Source: Aplysia californica | Taxonomy: Eukaryota | Reading direction: 5' to 3' | DNA length: 64,000 nucleotides | Assembly: GCF_000002075.1 (NCBI RefSeq) | Contig: NW_004797709.1 | Coordinates: 92,685 to 156,684 of the forward strand | Shown: one piece after another, positions 1 through 10,600 of the stretch | How the letters are laid out: the number at the start of each line of letters is the position of its first letter | Position numbering within the stretch: position 1 is the stretch's first letter | Program-made: the position numbers and the translations under genes | Notes under the pieces: generated by a model | Databases searched by the model: none | Seen by the model: the letters and a program-made list of their open reading frames with translations, nothing else | What the model was told of the DNA's origin: nothing

Positions 1-2
<2 letters not shown>

Positions 3-75
<73 letters not shown>
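3..75. repeat. (CA)n microsatellite
   Basis: Perfect AC dinucleotide run. Confidence 0.95.
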
Positions 76-79
<4 letters not shown>

Positions 80-699
80 CACGCGCGCGCACTTGTTGTT
101 TGAAAGCATTTAAATATGCTCCTTCCATTTACTTTTATATTTGGTTTAAAAGGTTGAAACTGTTTGCAGTTGGGATTTTTTGCATATTTAAAAAATACAT
201 GTATATTCAATAAGGAATTAAGAAGGCTTGTTTTGCCGTCCTCAAAAAAATACCCCCCCCCCCCCCTTTTTTTTTTCACCTCCCCGATCCACACAAAAAT
301 GTAGGTCTATAACTTCCCATGCTTTAAAGGGAGTGCAAAAACATTTCGTTGACTAAAGACTAGAGGAATGTAAAATAGAGGTCTCAGCTTCAGAACACTC
401 AGCGTGAAAAGACAATCTGTCGAACCCACGTTTATCATGAGACGGATTTTTTTTCTCTATGAATTGAATAGCATGCGTAAGAACCCGCCTAAAATAGAAA
501 TTCGCATATTAACCCGGTTTTAACTCTGGCAATTAAGTTCTCTTGGCTGCTTTACCCCACGTTGTGCGGGCATGGCTGAAGACAGGGGCTGGTGTGGATC
601 AGCCCACTTCGAGATCGATATAACAGGCCTATGTGCACACTTAAACTTACGAAGTCTATCTCAAAATAAAGTTTCCCTGCCTTGCTGTCCTCACGTATA

Positions 700-1430
700 A
701 TTATAAATCACTTTGTGTTCGGTATCAACAGAAACCTTATTCAAATACCTATTCCACGTAGGAACCATCAAGTTCAATACATTTCTCCATTTCGATGTAC
801 CCTTGCAGTGGTCAAAGACAGTGGTCACTGATTGTTTGTCCAAGGTCCCGAGTGCTTTTCTCAGAGCATCTTGAATCTGGTCCTCGTCCTCAAATCGCCG
901 ATCTCGCAGCATTTCTTTCACCTCGGGGAGAAGGTGGAAGTAGCATGGGGCGAGATCGGGCGAATAAAGGCGGGTGCTCCAATAATTCAGACGAGTAGCC
1001 CTCAGAAAGCTCGTACAAACTCTGGACTTGTGAACAGGCGCATTGCCATGATACAGGATGACGCCTTCTTCAAGCAAAGAGGGTTTTTTTCCGGATCGTA
1101 GGTAGCTTGTCTTTGAGGGCGAACCTGTAGTAATCACCATTGACAGTTACGCCAGGTGTGACTAGCCCGCTCAGTATGATGCTACTCATATCGAAAAAAC
1201 AAAAACAATGTGCATCACCTTTCTCTCCCCGTGTTTTCTGTGAGCGCTTCATCTTTCATGTCAGACCTCCCCCCTCCAACCTCCCTGATCCATTCCCTTA
1301 CTGTTTGAACTGTTGTTGGGGCATTATTCTCTATTATTTTAATATGTTGTATAAATCAACATGGGTTTCACCTGCGGACTTGCCGAGAAGAGTTGAAAAT
1401 TTGATCACAACTCGGACATCGTAGCATGAG
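700..1430 (-). mobile_element. Decayed mariner (Tc1/mariner) transposase fragment
   Basis: Frameshifted minus-strand ORFs 1070-1252 (CFFDMSSII...GVTVNGDYY) and 691-1140 (YHGNAPVHKS, YSPDLAPCYFHL, LRDRRFED) match mariner HDNAPxH and YSPDLAPxD motifs; the catalytic Asp residues are degenerate. Ends approximate. Confidence 0.8.
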
Positions 1431-2647
1431 AAGGTTGCACCAATGTTTTGCTCCGCCATTTTCCTCGAATTTGCCTTGGACAAAGTGCACAAGAACACCA
1501 CACTTGACACGTCACAGCTCTATGACCCGTTCACCAGAGACCATAAAATATAATTAAATACTCGCTGCGTTCACCAATGCACTTGCAATTTGGCGTTGAG
1601 ATTTCTTATACATGATATCATGACGTCACAAAATTTATTTAGTGGCTGTTGGTTGCGCACTTTTGATTCTATGGAGGAAGGAAACTTTATTCTGAGACAG
1701 ACCTTGTGGATACATAACCTTTCGTTAAGCACGCACGTGAGCTCTGTCGAGCAAAGTATTTTTCGATTGGTGCAATCACCTGCTCCTCTCAAGAGTCCAA
1801 AGTATCCGATTGTCTTATAAACGATAGTCCATTCATGGCTAGGCCTACTTCAATTGCACCTTAGAGTTGCAAATGGTAGCACTGTTTTGTAAGTTCAGAT
1901 CATAGTGACTTAATTTCTTGTTTTTTTTAAATGTTACTCTAAAGTTTTTGGTTTTGTATTTGCTCCTAAAAAATATGCACACCACTCAGACATGCAAACC
2001 CGCACGTGATTATTATTTTTTTAATTTTTTAAAAGAAAATGAAAGGACACGCAATTCTCTCTACCTCAAGGCCCTTCCTTCTAGCATCAATACCTCATGT
2101 GGGCCATTATTTCATCATAGAGTAAACAAGGGAAAGCCTACGGGTAGGAACCGCCGAGTTGTGTCCTTCCAAATCCACCAATGAGCCCGGTCCGCCTAAG
2201 AACTCGCTTTATGTCTTCAGATGATCGAGTCTTTTTGAGGTGGAGATCATTTTTTTCCAAAGCCTAGGGAGCTTGAATAGTCCCCCACAGAGAGATAAGT
2301 CGTCAGAGTAATAGGCCTATTAATATGCATGTTTTTCAGCCGTGCTCAGTATTTAAGCTGGTTTCTGAATGTAACTTCCAGTGACATGACGTAGGCCTAC
2401 ATGTATTGGTTATTGATTATGATAGGTCAATATTTGAGTAGATCTACAACTTTTAATCAAGTTCCGCGGAGAAAGAGTCACGAGGATTCTGGTTAATGTA
2501 ATTCGGTGTGACAATGCAATAGGGTACCCGGTACATAATGTAATTGATTCTTTTTACGTTTGTCGTTGGTTCGTGGGGTTTTTTTTGTGGTTCTGTTTTT
2601 GCTGTTCGTTTAAGTGTTTGTGTGTGAGTGTGAGTGTGTGTGTGGGG

Positions 2648-2958
2648 NNNNNNNNNNNNNNNNNNNNNNNNNNNNNNNNNNNNNNNNNNNNNNNNNNNNN
2701 NNNNNNNNNNNNNNNNNNNNNNNNNNNNNNNNNNNNNNNNNNNNNNNNNNNNNNNNNNNNNNNNNNNNNNNNNNNNNNNNNNNNNNNNNNNNNNNNNNNN
2801 NNNNNNNNNNNNNNNNNNNNNNNNNNNNNNNNNNNNNNNNNNNNNNNNNNNNNNNNNNNNNNNNNNNNNNNNNNNNNNNNNNNNNNNNNNNNNNNNNNNN
2901 NNNNNNNNNNNNNNNNNNNNNNNNNNNNNNNNNNNNNNNNNNNNNNNNNNNNNNNNNN
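2648..2958. other. Assembly gap (N run)
   Basis: N bases. Confidence 1.
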
Positions 2959-3484
2959 CCAATACACACACGCAAACATCCACAAACAAAATCATTCTCT
3001 AAAAAGAAATAATTAACTGTGACAGAGACGAGTTGGGTTTGCACTTCTACTTCTACGGCCTGTGTAGAAAAACCCGGCTCAGACGTGTGCTCCCTACATT
3101 TGAATTTTATTTAATCCTCTGCAGCAGATGTTTAGGCCTACCGATGTTGTTTTTTTCGGGGTGGGGGTGTCTTGAAAAAGCATCAATAAAAAATCTCAGA
3201 ACACGAGTGGGAGCTCCCTAGTATGGTATGATCGTCATGGTCTGATAAAGCGAACCGGGCCGACACGTTGACGCTTGAACTTTGGGGGTTATTTCCGGGT
3301 CAAATTCAACCAATTGTAACTGTACAGGTTTGTGTACGTACACCGGTGGTGGAACGGGTGCTCTGCTGAGACGCTGCTTTCGATTTTTCTTTGCTTTGCT
3401 GGCACTTCCCCTCGTGGCTAAAACCACCGGTTCACACTGAAGTTTACACGACACACGAAAGGCACGGTGGTGAAGGTGGTCGCC

Positions 3485-3574
3485 ATGTTACTCTCTGCTA
3501 CCGTTATTGTCTACGCCCTTCTGAATCTGGTATCAGTTTCAGATGCTGCGAAGGGCCCCAAAGTAACAGACAAG
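3485..3574 (+). CDS. PPIB: PPIB exon 1 ([30 protein letters not shown])
   Basis: Signal peptide; donor AAG|GTAAGT. Confidence 0.9.
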
Positions 3575-6500
3575 GTAAGTGAAGAACAAAGTAGTGAAGG
3601 ATCAGAGCAAATTTGACTCTTCATCGTGTGACTAGATTCTAGATCTTCTAGATCTAGAATCTAGATCTAGATCTAGATTCCTATTAGATTAGGCTAGGAG
3701 TAGATTCTATTGAGGGGGGGGGGGTAGATCTAGATATCTAGGTTAGGAATAGAGACGATTATGGTTCACTAAAAATGCAAAAGAATGAATGAAAGAAAGT
3801 TGCTGGGGGTAGATTCTATGCTTCGGTACGATAAACTACATTCCCTGGGCCTTATTATCATGAAGTTTTAATGAATGAGTTTTTATACTTACGGAGTGTC
3901 TATGTACAGGGTAACCGGGCACATGGAGTAGATCTAGATATAAGAATCTAGATCTAGATCTAGAGTCTAGTCTCAATATGATCTATGTGCACGGTAACCG
4001 GGCACCGAGTCTTACCTAGATCTAGATAGATCTAGTCTCAGTATTTATGTACACGGTAACCGGGCACCTAGTCTCAGTATCTACGTACATGGTAACCGGA
4101 ATGAAAATAAATTAATAATGTCAATATTTGTCCTGTGCTGTCACTTGCTGAAAAAAAAAAAGTCACACAATTGTCGGGCTCGCCATCGTGACCGGTCAGT
4201 GAACCTGTGCGGGCGCATCACATTGTGAGTACCGGTTGGGGTCACCAAAGTTCATTCATAGTCTGTCCGCTGCGAAAGGACTCTGGGGGGATTATTGATT
4301 TTTTAAATTAAAAGATACAGCCGGGGAAGGGGTAGGGATGAAGGCAACACCGGATGACTAAAACTGAACTTGGAGTTCTGGACTGCCCAGTTACCGTGAG
4401 AGAGACTACGTGCCCGGTTGCCGGTGACCGTGTACGTAGATATTGAGGCTACATGCCCGGTTACCGTGTTTGTGACACTGAGAATACATGGCCGGTTACC
4501 GTGTACGTAGACACTGAGGCTAGGTGCCCGGTTACTGTGTTCGTAGACACTCCGTTATACTTAAGCTGGAAGGTTCCCTTGGTAACAATCATTTACATAT
4601 TCATATTTCTAGATCTAGAGTCTAGATCTAGTGTAATAACAGCTGGTAGAGTTGGGGCGAGCGGACGGACGGGTTCGTTACTCGCGGACTCAGTCAGAGC
4701 GAACGGGTAACAGACGGCCCTGAGAGCGAACTGCGAACCTCAAGACAGTTCTTTTTTTTGGGTCTGCTCCACAATTTGACTCTCTCAGCGAGTGGACTGC
4801 GGATCTCAAGCTTCAAGTCAGTTCGTTTTTTGGGTCCGCTCCACAATTTTTTATTCACTGGGCGGGCGGGCAAACAGACGAACTCTAGCAGACGAGATAC
4901 TCGACGCGAGGTTAGGCCCATGGTCTATTGTTTGTTAATTAGGCCTAATGTTTCAAACCACTAGCGGTGCCACAGGGAGTGAGAGAGGCTGGTGACATAG
5001 TACTATGTATGTAACCTTTCACCTCGCGCGTGGGGCACACAGTGTACGTTCCAATTATCGCAAAGGCTGAGGGGGGGGAGAGAAATTTCCGCCATGAACG
5101 CCTAGTTACAATGTGAGGCAGTGAGGAGGGTGATTTTTTAATTAATTTTTTTTTGGGGGGGGGGGGGTTGTAAGTTGTATGCAATGGAAGGAGTCGCTCC
5201 CGTCTGTCCGTCCGCCCGCTCGAATGCATGGGGTCTCTCGGTCCGCTTGATCGCTAAACGAACTGTTGTCTCTGTCCGATGTGTAGCGAGTAGCAACTAC
5301 TCTTCAAAACGGACGGTTCGTTACCCGTCCGCTCGTTTGCGGGTAGTGCCACCGAGTAGTTCGTTACTCGCGGACGATAATTTTGCGAGCCCGACCCAAC
5401 ACTAAAAGCTGGTCTTCCTAATTTACTAGCTAGATTCTAGATCTAGGCCCTAGATTCTACAGTCTAGAAATCAATAGACTATAGATTTCTAGATCTACGC
5501 TAGGTATAGGCTATGACTTGTATATTGTTGCTTTTTTTTATATAAAAGGAAGGACTTTCGTAACGAGCGATCACCCCAACAAACTAACAAACCCAGTAAA
5601 GGGGGCTCTCGTGGCCTAGAGGTTAAGGTGTTGGCCTCTCATTCAAAGGTCCCGGGTTCGATTCCGGGTAGCGACCAAAAAATTTTCTTCTCTNNNNNNN
5701 NNNNNNNNNNNNNNNNNNNNNNNNNNNNNNNNNNNNNNNNNNNNNNNNNNNNNNNNNNNNNNNNNNNNNNNNNNNNNNNNNNNNNNNNNNNNNGCTTATA
5801 TGATTTTTCGTCCATCCATCAGTTTATTTTAAATTTTGTGTTTCTACAAGACCTAGAGATTCAGATAGTAGTGGTTCTTGTGTCACAATCTCAAACACTC
5901 ATGTTTTTATTTTCGACTTTCCTCTTCAGGACTGAGCATCTACGGTGACAGGTTCAAGGATGAGAACTTCAAGCTGAAGCACTATGGAGCTGGATGGTTG
6001 TCCATGGCTAATGCAGGTCCTGACACAAACGGATCACAGTTTTTCATCACCGTGAAGAAGACTCCCTGGTTGGATGGCCGTCATGTTGTTTTTGGAAAAG
6101 TTGTCAAGGGCATGGTATGTGTTGTTTAAATATTTTATCTCCAATATGCAAAATAGAACCCTGTTATTTTATTAAACAAGGAAAAATGACAGGGTCAGTT
6201 AAGTTTTTACTGAAAAGTTTATGTATTCAAGATAGCTGCACATGCAGGGACATAGAATGAGGTTTTGTTCAGGGTATTTAAACCCTTCTTTTGTGATGGA
6301 TGCGATACAGATTTCACGATAAGACACATCTTAACAAAATGTTCAGACTTTGGAGAGGCCCGAAGGAAATATTTTAAATTCTCAAAATTAAAGGATGTGT
6401 TCTCCATCTTTGATCCCAACAGAATTCATTTTATTAAGGCCATTGGCCTTTATAGTAAACTGTAATTTCGTTATTTTAATATTATTTAAATTAAAATGTT

Positions 6501-7572
6501 ATTTTAAAACTAAGATTTTACCACAAATTGTTTACATTTTAATCGAAATATTTTCCTAAATCAAGCCGTGCTATGAACTGTCGTGAATGCAACCAACTTG
6601 TGTTTCGACTCATATGACCTTATGCAGTTGCGAGCGCCGTAAAACCCAATACTAAACAAACAACAAACCCAGTAAAGAAGAGACCTAGATTTTTAGATCT
6701 AGATCTAGACTTACCCTAACCCTGACCCAACACATGAAGCTGCAGCAAGCACCTAGCACACCTCTGTGATTGGCCCAAATATAGATCATAGATGACCTAT
6801 TTCCGCCATCTATTATTTAGATCTATTTTTGCCATCTTCTGCGGTTTCCCCCACCAAGGGTTTTTGAGTTTCCCACGCCAGTAGGCTAACTGTTGAACAG
6901 ATCTCGCATCTCGCCGTGTTTTGTTACATTTAAAAAATAATAATTTGTGGTATAATCTTTTATGAACAATCTCAGCAATTCTCGTTCCATAAATTCACCT
7001 TCTCGTCATAGTTGTACACGCACACATACAAAGCGCGTGCGCAAACACACGCTCACATGCGCTCACACAGTCCAAGCAGTCGGCGATGAAACCTAGTGGC
7101 ATAGCCCATCGCACGCTAAGTGTCACATATATATTTAGCAGATTAAGGCTTTCTTTTGCGGTTGCTTAAATTAATCATTAGTTAAAATAAAGACAATGCA
7201 TTTTGCACTAAAAGAACATACTTTTAGCAACCAAAAATCCTAAACTGTGTCGACGTTTTTTTGTGTGTTTTTTTTCTTATTTTAAAAATCCGATTTAAAT
7301 TTTAAAAATCTTGATTTAAATAAAAAACGATTTTTTAAATTTTTATTTAAAAAATCAAAAAAATCACCAACCCTGGCGAAGAGCAGTTTCATGCACCTTT
7401 CTCCCTGTGGGGGAAGAACGATGCCTCGATTTCTCTACAGTGACAAAAATAACTTTGGTGCAAAGATTTTGCTTGCTCCCAGCAGACGCTACCGCAAGCG
7501 GTGCGACGAGCATAAACCCTCCTCGCCGCTCGCCGCCTGACTCTTCACTGGCGCAGCCAGCAGGTGACGGAT

Positions 7573-7615
<43 letters not shown>

Positions 7616-10600
7616 GAAGGCCAGGGTTAGGTGGAGCGCTTGCACCTATAGCGCCCCGCCACTGTGGTGGAAATACGTCATCTATATTTGGGCCAATTGC
7701 AAGTGTGCTAGGTGCTCGCTGTAGCTTCATGTTGACCCAACCCTTACCCCAAACCCTGTTCATAGTGGTTGCTCGTTACGGAAGTCCTCCCAAAAATAAG
7801 GTCCACTATTTAGGCTTGATTCTACTTCTAGGGCCTAGATTTATGCAACAATTTAATGGAAGTCTACGCATTAAAGTTGCTTTTTGATCTCAGAGTAACT
7901 ACACTAGATTTGAGTGTAAAGCGTTGCCTTGCTTTTGTATTGCTGAATTTTGGTAATGGTTGAGGAAAATACTTTAGCCACCTTAAAGACTTAAGCTTAG
8001 GCCTACCCTTCTGTAATACCCGAGTCTTTGAAACTAAACTACTGGAATCTGGAGTAGATTCGGGTAACTTTACCACTTTAAAGTTGGTTTGTACGTAAAC
8101 GCACAAATGCACTTGACTCGTTTTCCCGTAGGCCTACTACTGTTTGCCAATGTACAAGTTTGCAACGAAATATAGCCTCTCTATACGCTTCTGAAACATG
8201 ATTGGCTCAATTTGACTTTGTTTCATGTGGGTTGTTTTATCCATTTTTGCACTCGGTAATGTCAGTTGACTTCACCATCACGTTATGGAATTTCACACAG
8301 CTGTGATTATTCAGACCCCCATGGTGCCAATAATCTTGTCCTTATTCGGACCCCCAGGGAGCCAATAACATGACCAATAGCTTCGGCCTTCTTCCATTTT
8401 GTTTGTTGCTCCCACCATTGATTGAGCAGAAAAGTACGTGTTTTGTTTTAAGCAGTGTTTATTGATTTCATTTTCAAGTAAATGATTTTGTATGTTACTT
8501 TATTTCACAGGTCTTCTTTGACATCAAAATTGGTGGTAAGAAGGCTGGCCGCATTGAAATTGGTCTGTTTGGAAAAAGCGTCCCTGACACAGTCAAGAAC
8601 TTCAAATCACTGGCTATTGGTTTCCAGGTATAATATGAATAATATGTGTGTTGTATTTATTTTCATGTGGACAGGCATTACTTAAAAGTCCTTCAAATAG
8701 TTCATCAGCTAAGTTAAAGGGAGGAGCGTCCCTGAAACCCTGAAGGTCCATTTTCTATGTTGCCCAAGATCAAATCTAAGTACACATAGGTTAGGCAAAG
8801 AAAAAATCTCTGCGGCAAAGCGATTTCTATGGAAATGGCCGCCATCTTGGAAACAAACTATACGGCTTTCTTATTTACGGTATGAATTTCAAATCTCTAT
8901 GGCTTTCTTATTTACGGACCGCCAAATTTGATGAAAGTATGTTTATCTGCACCAGTCCCTATCATTCTCAAGGTAACAGCAAGTTTCTTTTTCAGTAAAT
9001 GTAAAAGAAAAAAAAGAGATAATTTACCCAGCGTATATAAAACTTTTTCTAAATTTTTGTTACGTAATCGCCTTCCAATGGAAAAGTTACTTTTTTTTCC
9101 TGCAAATTTCTCCCTGTTACATTGATTGCAGCCCTGCCATATATATTTTTTGAAAGTTTCATGTCAAAAGGATGAAAAACTACTAAAGGAGGAGGAAGGG
9201 GGAAAACTGCAAAGAAAAAATATTTTGAGAAAAACAATTATTGTGAAAATCCACTATATTTTAACCCACCTTCATATTTTCAAAGGCAATTTATGACGAG
9301 AATAAAGGATTTCTCAGTTGTCTCTTTGCTATTTTTAGCAAGAAAATAGTTGATGTTCAAAAATCGGCCTATCTCAATTTGCATAGATTTACCCAAAATC
9401 AGCCACACTGAGGGCGCTCCTAAAATTAAGTAAAATGTATTTTTATGGTTTCAAGATAAGTGTTGCACAACCACGTCTGAATAGTTTAGCAGGATATGAC
9501 AAATTTGCAGTGTTCATTTTCTGCATTTAAAAGGAAAAGCTGTTGTACTGGAAATCAGTTCGGTCATATTGTAGGAGTGTAGGAGAATGGTCATTCTGGA
9601 CCAAAAAATTGTACCAATATTAAATGTTCAAAGTAGAATATTTAGATTTTTTAATGTGTACTTTTGACCTTAGAATATGTAAAGTTAATGTGTTTTGTTT
9701 TGTTTTTTCTTCTTTTTCCAGAAAGGTGGAGAGACCCTGACTTACAAGGGCAGCAAGTTCCACAGAGTTATTAAGGATTTCATGATTCAGGGTGGTGATT
9801 TTACTAAAGGAGATGGCACTGGAGGTATCAGAATGTTCCTTATGTTTTCTCTTTGCATTTTTTTTTGTACCTTGAGGTATACCCACGATGCTGAGGCCCT
9901 CTTTTCATACAAAATTGTAAAGTGACATATATATATTTACCTAATCTGGACCTTAAATCAAAACAGGTGAACCTGTTTTGATAATTCTTCATGTGATGAA
10001 TGAACTCGCGATAAAAGAAATCTTTTTTCAGCAATAATCTAAAACCGATTTGACCGTGAAGGAATGTGTCCGAGCCACTACCAGCAACTCACAGACGCAG
10101 TGGTTCCAACTGGGAGCAGCTTGCCAGAGATAAGGCGTTACGTTAAGGCCTTATCTATTATATGCCGGGAAGCATTATTTTGAAGAGGTACATTCTGATT
10201 GATTAATCCAAAAAAAGAAGAGAGAAAACGGTGAATGATGGCAGGGGAGAATGCCCTAGTAGACAGTAGAAACATGATTTTCCTTTCTGGTGGATAATTT
10301 GTTTATTTCCACTCAGCCACTTTTTCGCGTTATATTACGTCCTAAGAAATTGACCTAAATATCACTTGCATCCCTGCTACAGCTTAAAGGCAAATTGCTG
10401 CCTCTATTTTCATTGTTACCATTTCTGCCAAGAGTCACGGAACAGCTTAGCTTGTTTATTTCCCCAATAAGAGGGATGTATCTCACATAGCTGCCACTTT
10501 CCCTCTAAATAGCAGAAACTCCGCTACATCTAGCTTTTCCCACAACTTTCCTCCTTCCTCCGCTGGACCGCTCTTGGTCGCAAATTTCATACTTTTTCCC

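Noticed and set aside
1505-1516. UPRE/XBP1-like TGACGTGTC site upstream of PPIB
   Set aside because: Short motif 2 kb from the start beside a mariner remnant; compatible with chance.
2453-3044. Long ORFs with X runs (also 27707-28120 and 62608-63201)
   Set aside because: Artefacts of N gaps.
3892-4554. CRISPR-like repeat-spacer array
   Set aside because: Eukaryotic intron; units are degenerate, in inverted arms and bounded by a TSD; no cas genes.
5601-5677. tRNA-Glu gene
   Set aside because: A/B boxes present but acceptor and anticodon stems do not pair; diverged copies continue into a shared SINE body.
5878-6129. Second cyclophilin gene
   Set aside because: Single exon identical to PPIB exon 4 with its intron flanks; no other exons duplicated.
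7364-7763. Poly-Pro/poly-Gly ORFs
   Set aside because: Caused by the G homopolymer at ~7574-7613 in repeat-like intronic DNA.
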